Positions 55,052 through 63,753 of a stretch of 64,000 nucleotides of DNA are shown here, piece after piece. The position numbers and the translations under genes are program-made. Source of the stretch: an uncultured Erysipelotrichaceae bacterium. Its GTDB lineage: Bacteria > Bacillota_I > Bacilli_A > Erysipelotrichales > Erysipelotrichaceae. The first letter of the stretch is position 1; each line of letters starts with the position of its first letter. The stretch is taken from positions 28,109-92,108 of the forward strand of contig CAYJAB010000001.1 of the NCBI GenBank assembly GCA_964368305.1, in the 5' to 3' direction. A model generated the notes under the pieces. That model saw only the letters and a list, made by a program, of their open reading frames with translations. It searched no databases and was not told the DNA's origin.

Positions 55052-56233
55052 ATGCAAAAAAAATCTAGCCTCGCTAAAATCGATTTTCACTTAGATAAGA
55101 CACTTGTTCTTATTCTTTTGTTGATTTTCGCTACAAGTTTAGTTTCTTTATATAGTGCAATTCCACTAATTGATATTAATGGAATCGATATTTTAGTGAA
55201 ACAAGTTGTTTGGTTTATCTTGGGTGCAATCTTACTTGCATTCTTACTGTTTTTTGGGATTGACCGCTTGTTTACTGGGGTTAACTTTTTCTACTTTGTA
55301 CTACTTATTCTCCTGTTTTTCTTACTTGTAGATCGTTATATTGATTTACCTTTTATTAGACCTGTTTCAGGAGCACGGGCTTGGTATCAAATACCAGGTA
55401 TTGGTACATTCCAGCCAAGTGAGTTTATGAAAGTTATATTAATTATACAGGTTGCGAATATTATCGATGAACATAATAAATTTAAAGTAGATATGTCTTA
55501 TTCAAGCGATATTAAACTATTTATTAAAATTATTAAATACTGTGCACTTCCTTTAATTCTAATCTTCTTACAACCAGATACGGGAATTCCAATTATCATT
55601 TTTGTGAGTATTGCTGTGATGGTCATGATGAGTGGTATTCGAAAAGAATGGATCATTGCAGGTATGGTTGCAGCAGTGATTGGTGTTGCTATTATATTCT
55701 TTTTATTCGAATTTTATCCTTCTACATTAGCGAAACTATTAGGCGGTAGTTATAAACTAAATCGTTTTTATGGCTGGCTTGAAACAGAAAAATATATGAA
55801 TCAATGGGGTCAACAATTGTATACTTCTTTATTAGCAATTGGATCCGCTGGACTAACTGGCCATGGTGTTCAATCGTATGTTGTAGGACTGCTTGAACCT
55901 CAAAATGATTTCATCTTTGCGGTAATTGGTCAAAGTTTTGGATTTATCGGTGCGTGTTTTACTGTAATATTATGTACAGTATTTAACTTAAAACTATTAA
56001 AAGTTGCCCTAGACTATGATCGACCACGTGAAAAATATATGGTATGTGGATTGTTAGGTATGCTACTTTTCCAACAATTTCAAAATATGGGGATGATCGT
56101 AGGTCTTCTTCCAATCACAGGAATTACGCTACCACTTATATCGTCTGGTGGTTCATCCTTACTTTCTTATATGATTCCTTTGGCAATTGTATTTCATATG
56201 AGTAGTGAAAACTATACACGACATAAACAATAA
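55052..56233 (+). CDS. SEDS-family peptidoglycan glycosyltransferase (FtsW/RodA/SpoVE)
   Basis: ~393 aa, 10 TM; start ATG 55052 (GGAG RBS); extended -10 TGTGTATAAT at 55003-55012. Confidence 0.8.
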   Translation: MQKKSSLAKIDFHLDKTLVLILLLIFATSLVSLYSAIPLIDINGIDILVKQVVWFILGAILLAFLLFFGIDRLFTGVNFFYFVLLILLFFLLVDRYIDLPFIRPVSGARAWYQIPGIGTFQPSEFMKVILIIQVANIIDEHNKFKVDMSYSSDIKLFIKIIKYCALPLILIFLQPDTGIPIIIFVSIAVMVMMSGIRKEWIIAGMVAAVIGVAIIFFLFEFYPSTLAKLLGGSYKLNRFYGWLETEKYMNQWGQQLYTSLLAIGSAGLTGHGVQSYVVGLLEPQNDFIFAVIGQSFGFIGACFTVILCTVFNLKLLKVALDYDRPREKYMVCGLLGMLLFQQFQNMGMIVGLLPITGITLPLISSGGSSLLSYMIPLAIVFHMSSENYTRHKQ

Positions 56234-56235
56234 AC

Positions 56236-56270
56236 TAAAAAAAGCTCACTTTTGATAAGTAAGCTTTTTT
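56236..56270. terminator. possible bidirectional terminator between SEDS gene and nadK
   Basis: AAAAAGCT...AGCTTTTTT 7-bp stem with 15-nt loop flanked by A/T runs. Confidence 0.35.
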
Positions 56271-56271
56271 A

Positions 56272-57051
56272 TTAGAATAAATTTTTTAGTTTTTTGACAA
56301 AGTCATCTTTACGATAGCGTGCAACATGCACTTTTTTATCTGATAGTTTACACGTTATTTTTTTAGCTTCACTTATTGATTTAATTTTATGATCATACCC
56401 TAACATTGCGTCTTCAAAACTCTTACTTTCAAGTTCAATTTCTGCATCTGATCTTAAAATAATAGGTGAGTTTAATGAACGATATGCACGATGATGAATT
56501 CCAGCAATTTCTGTAAGTTGAAGTACTTCAAGTCCCCTTTGCACAACTGCTCCATTAATTGAACGGTTATATGCAGTTGATCCGTATTGTGTACTGATAC
56601 ACAAACCAGTTCCCCTAAACACTTCTAACTCTTCTTTATTAATATGAACTGTCATAATTTGAGTTTTAACTACATTTTCAATTCTTGCTTCATTAACTGC
56701 ATATACTTTTTCTGTTGTTTTGCCTTCTATTTCTACTTCAATTAAAGATGAAGAATAAATGCTTGGTTTTTTATATAAAATATCTGCGATGCATTCATCT
56801 AGTTCTTGCATTGTATATTGCGTAAAAAATCCAAGTGTTCCTGTGTGAATTCCCATGAAACAAACATCATCTAGTATATCTAAATGGGTATGTACTGAAT
56901 ATAAAAATGTCCCATCTCCACCTATACTAATAATAAGCTCTGGTGTATCCATATCTACAATCAATTCATTTTGTACAAGTTGTTTTATGATATAAGATGC
57001 GATTTTTTCTGACATCTCATCTTGTCTTGTGACTACTTTAAAACGTTTCAT
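56272..57051 (-). CDS. nadK: NAD kinase
   Basis: GGDGT motif (ISIGGDGTFL), 259 aa. Confidence 0.9.
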   Translation of the reverse strand: MKRFKVVTRQDEMSEKIASYIIKQLVQNELIVDMDTPELIISIGGDGTFLYSVHTHLDILDDVCFMGIHTGTLGFFTQYTMQELDECIADILYKKPSIYSSSLIEVEIEGKTTEKVYAVNEARIENVVKTQIMTVHINKEELEVFRGTGLCISTQYGSTAYNRSINGAVVQRGLEVLQLTEIAGIHHRAYRSLNSPIILRSDAEIELESKSFEDAMLGYDHKIKSISEAKKITCKLSDKKVHVARYRKDDFVKKLKNLF

Positions 57052-57108
57052 GTTACCACTTCCTTTTATATCAGTACTATTGTATCATAAATATACGAGG
57101 TTACCGCT

Positions 57109-57660
57109 ATGAAAAAAAACTTAGAAATTGAATATAAATCACTTCTAACAAAAGAAGAGTTTGAATTATTATTAAAACATTTTCACTCACACACTATTAT
57201 GGATCAAACAAATTACTATTTCGATACAAAAGACTTTGACTTACTTAAACAAAAGGCAAATGTCAGAATTAGAAAAATAAATGATTCATTTGAGTTTACA
57301 CTTAAGCAGTCCCTAAATGAAGGGGTTTTAGAACATTCCCTTTCTGTAGGTTCTAGTGATGTTTCAGAACTTAGTCATCCTGAAATTGTGAAATTACTTG
57401 ATCAATTAAATGTGAATACACCTCTTATTTCAATCGGATCTATTCGAACAATACGTTATTTAATAAAAGATGAATACAAAGAAATTTGTCTAGATCATAG
57501 TTTTATAAACAACTATCAAGATTATGAGATTGAATATGAACTTATCAAAGAGCATTCTACTTCTTACGTTGATTTTATGAAAATACTAAATAATCATTCT
57601 ATTCAATTTAAAAAGGCAAAACCTAAGTTTGTACGTTTTATTGAAACAATCACCCAATAG
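57109..57660 (+). CDS. CYTH-domain protein (YjbK-like triphosphate tunnel metalloenzyme)
   Basis: N-terminal EIEYKSLL (ExExK) motif; 183 aa; adjacent to nadK as in B. subtilis yjbK-ppnK locus. Confidence 0.7.
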   Translation: MKKNLEIEYKSLLTKEEFELLLKHFHSHTIMDQTNYYFDTKDFDLLKQKANVRIRKINDSFEFTLKQSLNEGVLEHSLSVGSSDVSELSHPEIVKLLDQLNVNTPLISIGSIRTIRYLIKDEYKEICLDHSFINNYQDYEIEYELIKEHSTSYVDFMKILNNHSIQFKKAKPKFVRFIETITQ

Positions 57661-57676
57661 GAATTTGTTTTAATTT

Positions 57677-57717
57677 AAAAAGCTAAGAAAGTTCTAAATA
57701 ACTTATCTTAGCTTTTT
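57677..57717. terminator. bidirectional terminator; hairpin embedded in 3' end of the 315-aa ORF
   Basis: 9-bp stem AAGCTAAGA/TCTTAGCTT, 17-nt loop, T5 on plus strand (terminates CYTH gene). Confidence 0.55.
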
Positions 57718-58630
57718 CTAACATTTCTATAATTTCTCCCACCATTTTATTGTCGTATACGAAGATAAAATGAATACTGTAAGAATCATTTAATTGTTCA
57801 TTTAAATTCATCTTAAATATTTGTGCATGTCCCAATGCCTCTTTTGTCTTTGTAAGTGATTTTTTTTGTGTTGCTACAATTGGAAGATATAAATTAATTT
57901 GATTCTCATCAATCACCAAGAGTTCATCCCCTTTGAGCTGATCAATTGACTCCTCATTGTAATAATCTAACAATTGGCTTTTAAGTTTCTTTAAAAGTCT
58001 TTTTTCTTTTTTTATTTCTGCTTCACTCACATCTTTATCTATTAATTTTATAGAAATTTGTCTACATAAATGCTGTGTAACATCTATTTCAAACATACTT
58101 GTAGATAATATTTTATCACTCAATGCTGCTGTCCATACATCTACACCAATTTCTTTTGCTTTATTTAGTATTTGTGAAGTCAGCTGCATATTATCTTTAT
58201 CTAAATAAATATAACTTTCAATGCTTTTTGATATTTTTATACCAAAATCACTTAAATAAATTGGGGCTTGAAAGTAAACAACATCTGTTAAATACAAACA
58301 ATTTAATTTTTTAGGGAATTCCTTTGTTTTTTTAACTTTTGCGATTGCTTCATATAAATCTTCTTTTTTTGCATATCCGTTTTCTGTTGTATATGTATTC
58401 CACATCTTATTAAATGAAAACTGATTTGTATGGTCTAATCTACCATATCCAATAATTCCTTTTTCTTTTTTTCGATCACTACTTTTACTTAAGAAAAATA
58501 GTAAGTCTCCTTTATGGAAATCCGCCATTTTTTTACTACTAGAAGGTCTCCAAAAATTCATTGTTTGGTTTCCATTTAAACGATGATATTCAATCATTTT
58601 TTTATCTGTAATATACGCTACTGTTGCCAT
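57683..58630 (-). CDS. hypothetical protein (possible PUA/EVE-like N-terminal domain, unknown C-terminal domain)
   Basis: 315 aa; no recognised catalytic motif; N-terminus NFWRPSS..FHKGDLLFFLSKSS..KGIIGYGRL loosely resembles EVE/PUA-like cores (W...GD.v.FYhS...ivG); GGGGA RBS. Confidence 0.3.
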   Translation of the reverse strand: MATVAYITDKKMIEYHRLNGNQTMNFWRPSSSKKMADFHKGDLLFFLSKSSDRKKEKGIIGYGRLDHTNQFSFNKMWNTYTTENGYAKKEDLYEAIAKVKKTKEFPKKLNCLYLTDVVYFQAPIYLSDFGIKISKSIESYIYLDKDNMQLTSQILNKAKEIGVDVWTAALSDKILSTSMFEIDVTQHLCRQISIKLIDKDVSEAEIKKEKRLLKKLKSQLLDYYNEESIDQLKGDELLVIDENQINLYLPIVATQKKSLTKTKEALGHAQIFKMNLNEQLNDSYSIHFIFVYDNKMVGEIIEMLEKAKISYLELS

Positions 58631-58660
58631 AAAGTTATCCCCATTCTTATTTTAACAAAA

Positions 58661-58688
58661 TCTTTTACATAATAAAAGAAGGTATTTC
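58661..58688 (-). terminator. terminator after fhs
   Basis: AGAAGGTA-TTTC-TACCTTCT hairpin + U-run. Confidence 0.65.
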
Positions 58689-58694
58689 TACCTT

Positions 58695-60359
58695 CTAAAA
58701 TAAACCATAGGTTTGTCCATCTTTATCAATTCCCATATTCTCTGCAGCAGGAACTTTCGCAAGCCCCGGCATTGTAAGGATTGAACCTGTATAAACAACA
58801 ATAAACCCAGCACCCAGTGAAATAGATAAATCATTTACATGAATACTAAACTCTTTAGGTCTTCCTACGAGTTTCGCATTATCACTTAAAGAGACAGGTG
58901 TTTTAACCATACAAATCGGAAGTTTATCCCATCCGTTCTTTTTATATGCATTTAATTTTTCTTGTGCACCTTCAGAAAATATTACATCTTTTCCACCATA
59001 TATTTTTGTCGTAACTTTATTTATTTTCTCTTCTATTGAATCTGTTAGTTTATAAGTATTTGTGAATTTATTATCAACATCGCATAACTTTACCACTTCT
59101 TCAGCTAAATGAGTCATTCCACTTCCACCATTTGCCCACCCTTCACAGAGTGTAGCGGTAATGTTGTTTTCTTTACACCATTTTAAAACAACATTTAACT
59201 CTTCTTCACTGTCTTGAGAAAATTTGTTTATCGCGATAACAAAAGGAATGTTATATGACTTAATATTTTCAATATGCTGTTTAAGATTTTCAATTCCTAA
59301 AAATACAGCATCTGTATTTTCTATTTTAAGATCTTCATACAAGACACCACCATGTTGCTTCAATGCTCTAATTGTCGCAACGATTACAACTGCATTTGCA
59401 GAAATACCCATTTGTCTACACTTAATGTTTAAAAACTTCTCTGCACCTAAATCTGCGCCAAATCCAGCTTCTGTAACAACATAATCTGCCAGTTTTAAAG
59501 CCATTTGTGTAGCGATGATTGAGTTACACCCGTGTGCAATGTTTGCGAAGGGACCTCCGTGTACAAATACAGGATTATTTTCTAATGTTTGTACTAAGTT
59601 GGGTTTAATCGCCTCTTTTAATAGCAACTGTAATGCACCTGAGATATTTAAGTCTTTAATCGTAATATAACAACCATTGTAATCTTTAGCAACAATAACA
59701 TTTTCTACTTTATCTTTAAAATCATCTAATGATTTTGACAAACAGAAAATTGCCATGATTTCTGATGCGACTGTAATATTAAAACCATCTTTACGTTCTA
59801 CACCATTTTTTCCACCTTGTGCAACTGTCACTTGTCTGAGTGCACGGTCATTTAAATCAACACATCTTTTCCATGTAATTTCATTTGGGTTTATATTTAA
59901 AGGATTTCCATGATAAATTGAGTTATCGATAATTGCACTAATTAAATTATTTACCGATGTTATGGCGTGCATATCTCCAGTGAAGTGTAAGTTAATTTTC
60001 TCCATAGGAACAACTTGTGCATATCCACCACCTGTGGCACCACCTTTTATACCAAACACTGGTCCCATTGAAGGCTCACGAAGTGTACCCATTACATTTT
60101 TATTAATTTTAGCAAGTCCATCTACCAATCCAATTGTAGTAGTAGATTTTCCTTCTCCTGCTTTGGTAGGATTGATTGCTGTTACTAAAATCAATTTACC
60201 ATTTGGCTTATCTTTTAATGTTTCATTGATTTCTAAACTAATTTTAGCAATATCTTTTCCATAATACTCTATGTACTTTTCATCGATGCTTAGTTTTTTC
60301 GCAACATTTTCGATTGGATTTAGTATTGCTTTTTGAGCTATTTGAATATCTGTATTCAT
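58695..60359 (-). CDS. fhs: formate--tetrahydrofolate ligase
   Basis: EGKSTTTIGL P-loop, 554 aa. Confidence 0.95.
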   Translation of the reverse strand: MNTDIQIAQKAILNPIENVAKKLSIDEKYIEYYGKDIAKISLEINETLKDKPNGKLILVTAINPTKAGEGKSTTTIGLVDGLAKINKNVMGTLREPSMGPVFGIKGGATGGGYAQVVPMEKINLHFTGDMHAITSVNNLISAIIDNSIYHGNPLNINPNEITWKRCVDLNDRALRQVTVAQGGKNGVERKDGFNITVASEIMAIFCLSKSLDDFKDKVENVIVAKDYNGCYITIKDLNISGALQLLLKEAIKPNLVQTLENNPVFVHGGPFANIAHGCNSIIATQMALKLADYVVTEAGFGADLGAEKFLNIKCRQMGISANAVVIVATIRALKQHGGVLYEDLKIENTDAVFLGIENLKQHIENIKSYNIPFVIAINKFSQDSEEELNVVLKWCKENNITATLCEGWANGGSGMTHLAEEVVKLCDVDNKFTNTYKLTDSIEEKINKVTTKIYGGKDVIFSEGAQEKLNAYKKNGWDKLPICMVKTPVSLSDNAKLVGRPKEFSIHVNDLSISLGAGFIVVYTGSILTMPGLAKVPAAENMGIDKDGQTYGLF

Positions 60360-60370
60360 TTAGTCCTCCT

Positions 60371-60964
60371 TTAGTCCATTTTTTTTCGGCCTTCAATCGC
60401 TTTAATAAGTGTTAATTCATCTGCATAGTCTAAGTGACCACCCATTGGTAGTCCATGTGCAATACGACTTACAATGCAGTTTTGACTTTGTAGAATTCTT
60501 GCAAGATACAAAGAAGTTGTTTCGCCTTCAACTGTTAAGTTTGTGGCAATAATAACTTCTTTTACCTCATCTTTAATTCTTGGAAGTAAAGATGCGATAT
60601 TAATATCATCTGGAAGAATTCCTTTCGATGTAGAGATAACGCCGTTTAATACATGGTATACACCACGAAATTCTTGTGTTTTCTCCATTGCGATTACATC
60701 TTTTGGACTTTGAACAATACATATAACAGAATGATCTCTTGATGGATCCTTGCATATTTCACATTTTGTATTTTCTGCGATATTTCCACATATTTCACAT
60801 TCACAAATGTCTTTTTTTACACTTTTTAGACTCTCTGAAAACAATTGGGTATCCTCATCTGATAATCCCAATATTTGAAATGCATATCTTTCTGCAGTCT
60901 TTTGTCCAACACCTGGCAATTTTCTAAAACTTTCAATTAATTGTTCTAATGATTTTGGATACAC
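60371..60964 (-). CDS. recR: recombination protein RecR
   Basis: C4 zinc finger CECEICGNIAENTKCEIC, Toprim domain; 197 aa. Confidence 0.95.
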   Translation of the reverse strand: MYPKSLEQLIESFRKLPGVGQKTAERYAFQILGLSDEDTQLFSESLKSVKKDICECEICGNIAENTKCEICKDPSRDHSVICIVQSPKDVIAMEKTQEFRGVYHVLNGVISTSKGILPDDINIASLLPRIKDEVKEVIIATNLTVEGETTSLYLARILQSQNCIVSRIAHGLPMGGHLDYADELTLIKAIEGRKKMD

Positions 60965-61267
60965 CTATCTAACTCCAGGAACTTTAAGACCACCTGTTAA
61001 GGCACCCATTTTGTTTGCTTTATCTGTTTCTACTTGCACAATTACGCTATTTGTAGCAATTTTTAATAAATCAATTAACATTTCTTTATCTTGCATAACT
61101 TCTTCATCTAATTCAATATCAAGAATTTCAAGAGAACCATTCATTCTAACTTTAACAGCATTCCCACCTGCTGTTGCTTCATATTCTAATAGTTCTAATT
61201 CTTTTTGCGTTTTTTCCATGTCTCTTTGCATTTTTTGGGCTTGTGCCATTAGTTTTTGTAAATCCAT
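60965..61267 (-). CDS. ybaB: YbaB/EbfC nucleoid-associated protein
   Basis: MDLQKLMAQAQKMQRDMEK... typical YbaB start (ATG 61267, GGAGG RBS); between dnaX and recR. Confidence 0.85.
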   Translation of the reverse strand: MDLQKLMAQAQKMQRDMEKTQKELELLEYEATAGGNAVKVRMNGSLEILDIELDEEVMQDKEMLIDLLKIATNSVIVQVETDKANKMGALTGGLKVPGVR

Positions 61268-61271
61268 ATTT

Positions 61272-63008
61272 TTATTCCTCCACAATATTAAATTTATCTT
61301 TTCCAAATATTTCTTCTAATCTTTTAACTGCATCTTTATCAATTGGTTTTTTAACTTCTTTAAACTCCACTTTTGCCGCCTCTGGCAGTGTATTTGATTG
61401 CGCTCTTTCACGGAAGTTTGCAACAATTGATTTGAAGTTATGATGTTCAACTGCGAACACTTTCACCTTTTCCTCAAATATTTTTTCCATAAATGCAATC
61501 ATATTTAAATCTTCACCATTTTCATTAATATCATTTGCAATTAAGGTATGATCTACCCCTACTACTATATAATTATCGCCACATGCGTTGAGTGTTGCAT
61601 CCGCAAACTTATTCGCATATTTCGCATAATCCATATCAATCAAGTAATTTGATACCGTATTCCATTTTAAAGACATACTTTCACGTTTTGTTTTATCTGC
61701 TCCAACAAGTAGACTTAAGATATATTCATTCTCAACTACAATTGATGAGGATGCAACAGGAGATGGTGTTTCTTGTAAAGTAGATTGACTTTCCATCTCT
61801 GTTTTTTCTTCAACAACTGCATCATTTTCTTTCATTTCTTCAACAGCAGGTAGAGGTATCTCTTCTTTTACAATAGGTTTTACAACTGTTTTAGTTTCTA
61901 TTTTCTTCTCAACAACTTCCACATACTCTTTTGTTGGAGTACTCATCATTTTTAATAAACACAGTTCGAAGTAAGAAATCACACTTGATGCATTACGATA
62001 CTTTTCTGATGTTTCAATTAAGATATCAATCATATTTAATAACTTCGTTTGATCTGTCTTATCTAAAATAGAAATCGCATGTTCTTTCTTTGCTTTACTT
62101 AACATTTTCTCGTCTTTTGTAAAACTATAAATAACAACTTCTTTTATTAAATCAATTAAATCATTCGTCAATCTTTTAATATCCATTCCTTTTTCAGAAA
62201 TAGCTCTTACTTTATCCAGTACTTTTTGTATTTCTTTTTCTAAGATTTGATTAACCAACTCTATTTTTTCTCTATCTGACGTGATTCCATAAATTTGATT
62301 CACATGTTCTATTGAAATTTCACCGTGTGAGTACGCAATACATTGATCTAAGATACTCAATGAATCTCTAACACCACCATCTGCTAAATCAGCGATTAAC
62401 CAAATTACTTCTTCATCATATTTAATGTTTTCTTTTTCTAAAACTTCTTTTACTTTTTTCGCAATATCTTCATCGCTTACTTTTGTAAAGTCATATCTTT
62501 GACAACGTGAAATAATCGTTGGCAATACTTTATGTGCTTCTGTTGTCGCTAAAATAAAAATAACATGCACAGGTGGTTCTTCTAATGTTTTTAATAATGC
62601 ATTAAATGCACCTGTTGATAACATATGAACCTCATCAATAATATAAATTTTATATTTCCCTTGAATAGGTGCATATTTTACTTTTTCAATTAAATCACGG
62701 ATTTCATCTACACCGTTGTTGCTTGCAGCATCTATTTCTACAATATCAGAATGTGCTCCATTTTGCATTTCAATACAGTTTTCACATGTACCACATGGTG
62801 CATTTTCACTATCCGTACAATTCACTGTTTTAGCAAGTAGCTTTGCAATAGATGTTTTCCCTGTTCCCCTAGGACCACAAAATAAGTATGCATGTGCGAT
62901 TTTGTTTTGTTTTACTGCATTTTGTAATGTAGTAACAACATGTTGTTGACCAACTACCTCGTTAAACGACGTTGGTCTATACGTTCGATATAATGCTTTA
63001 TATGCCAT
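61272..63008 (-). CDS. dnaX: DNA polymerase III subunits gamma/tau
   Basis: Walker A GPRGTGKTS, zinc module CTDSENAPCGTCENC, 578 aa; extended -10 TGGTATAAT at 63035-63043. Confidence 0.95.
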   Translation of the reverse strand: MAYKALYRTYRPTSFNEVVGQQHVVTTLQNAVKQNKIAHAYLFCGPRGTGKTSIAKLLAKTVNCTDSENAPCGTCENCIEMQNGAHSDIVEIDAASNNGVDEIRDLIEKVKYAPIQGKYKIYIIDEVHMLSTGAFNALLKTLEEPPVHVIFILATTEAHKVLPTIISRCQRYDFTKVSDEDIAKKVKEVLEKENIKYDEEVIWLIADLADGGVRDSLSILDQCIAYSHGEISIEHVNQIYGITSDREKIELVNQILEKEIQKVLDKVRAISEKGMDIKRLTNDLIDLIKEVVIYSFTKDEKMLSKAKKEHAISILDKTDQTKLLNMIDILIETSEKYRNASSVISYFELCLLKMMSTPTKEYVEVVEKKIETKTVVKPIVKEEIPLPAVEEMKENDAVVEEKTEMESQSTLQETPSPVASSSIVVENEYILSLLVGADKTKRESMSLKWNTVSNYLIDMDYAKYANKFADATLNACGDNYIVVGVDHTLIANDINENGEDLNMIAFMEKIFEEKVKVFAVEHHNFKSIVANFRERAQSNTLPEAAKVEFKEVKKPIDKDAVKRLEEIFGKDKFNIVEE

Positions 63009-63084
63009 ACTTTTTCCTCCTAAGATACTTTATCATTATACCAAATTTTAGTATAAAATATACACTCTTTCTATGTTTTATCTC

Positions 63085-63102
63085 ATGTTTCACGTGAAAC
63101 AT
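63085..63102. repeat. 18-bp perfect palindrome ATGTTTCACGTGAAACAT (copy 1 of 2; 22 bp identical incl. flanks)
   Basis: Identical to 63736-63753 including tc..ta flanks. Confidence 0.9.
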
Positions 63103-63132
63103 TAAATAAAATACCGATGATTACATCGGTAT
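63103..63132 (-). terminator. terminator after tadA
   Basis: ATACCGAT-GATTAC-ATCGGTAT 8-bp stem abutting stop codon, U-rich tail. Confidence 0.6.
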
Positions 63133-63599
63133 TAAAATTGCTTATTTTTTTGTTTTCGTTTGTTCTTAAAGAAGTCAGTAAGCAGTTTAGAACACATCTC
63201 ATTTAATACTCCACCTTCATAGGTTGGATAATGATTGTAGCCTGCTGTATCAAACATTTTCATAACAGAACAAATACTTCCGCCTTTAGGATCATACGCC
63301 CCAAACACCACATGTTTGATTCGTGATTGAATAATCGCACCCGCACACATAGGACACGGTTCAAGCGTTACATATAATGTACATTCTTCTAATCTCCAAC
63401 TTCCGATTGCTTCACATGCTTTTTCTATCGCAAGCAGTTCTGCATGGGCAGTTGATTTTTGGTTTATTTCTTTTAGATTATGTGCACGCGCAATGATTTG
63501 ATCATCTTTAACGATAATCGCACCAATTGGAACCTCATCTATTTCTAATGCTTGAATTGCTTCTTTAATTGCAATTTCCATATAGTGTTTATTATCCAT
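63132..63599 (-). CDS. tadA: tRNA-specific adenosine deaminase
   Basis: HAELLAI and PCPMCAGA zinc motifs; 155 aa. Confidence 0.95.
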   Translation of the reverse strand: MDNKHYMEIAIKEAIQALEIDEVPIGAIIVKDDQIIARAHNLKEINQKSTAHAELLAIEKACEAIGSWRLEECTLYVTLEPCPMCAGAIIQSRIKHVVFGAYDPKGGSICSVMKMFDTAGYNHYPTYEGGVLNEMCSKLLTDFFKNKRKQKNKQF

Positions 63600-63609
63600 A
63601 TTTCACCCT

Positions 63610-63690
63610 AATAAAAAGGTACACACAAGAAGATAGTCTTAAGGCTGCTTCCTTCCGGACCTGACCTGATTCGATATCTCTTGTTGTACC
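63610..63690 (-). ncRNA. ffs: signal recognition particle RNA (small 4.5S-type SRP RNA)
   Basis: Minus strand GGUACAACAAGAGAUAUCGAAUCAGGUCAGGUCCGGAAGGAAGCAGCCUUAAGACUAUCUUCUUGUGUGUACC + U5. The universally conserved domain IV motif AGGUCAGGUCCGGAAGGAAGCAGCC is present, and the 5' and 3' ends pair into one long helix. Promoter TTGAAA-17-TATAAT at 63697-63725. Confidence 0.85.
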
Positions 63691-63696
63691 TTAGTT

Positions 63697-63725
63697 ATTA
63701 TATGATACTTATTGTTTTTTTTCAA
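63697..63725 (-). promoter_or_regulatory. sigma-A promoter of SRP RNA
   Basis: -35 TTGAAA (63720-63725), 17-nt spacer, -10 TATAAT (63697-63702), ~7 nt before the RNA 5' G. Confidence 0.65.
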
Positions 63726-63735
63726 GTAGCTCAAT

Positions 63736-63753
63736 CATGTTTCACGTGAAACA
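63736..63753. repeat. 18-bp perfect palindrome ATGTTTCACGTGAAACAT (copy 2 of 2)
   Basis: Overlaps serS stop codon; 10 bp upstream of SRP RNA -35. Confidence 0.9.
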
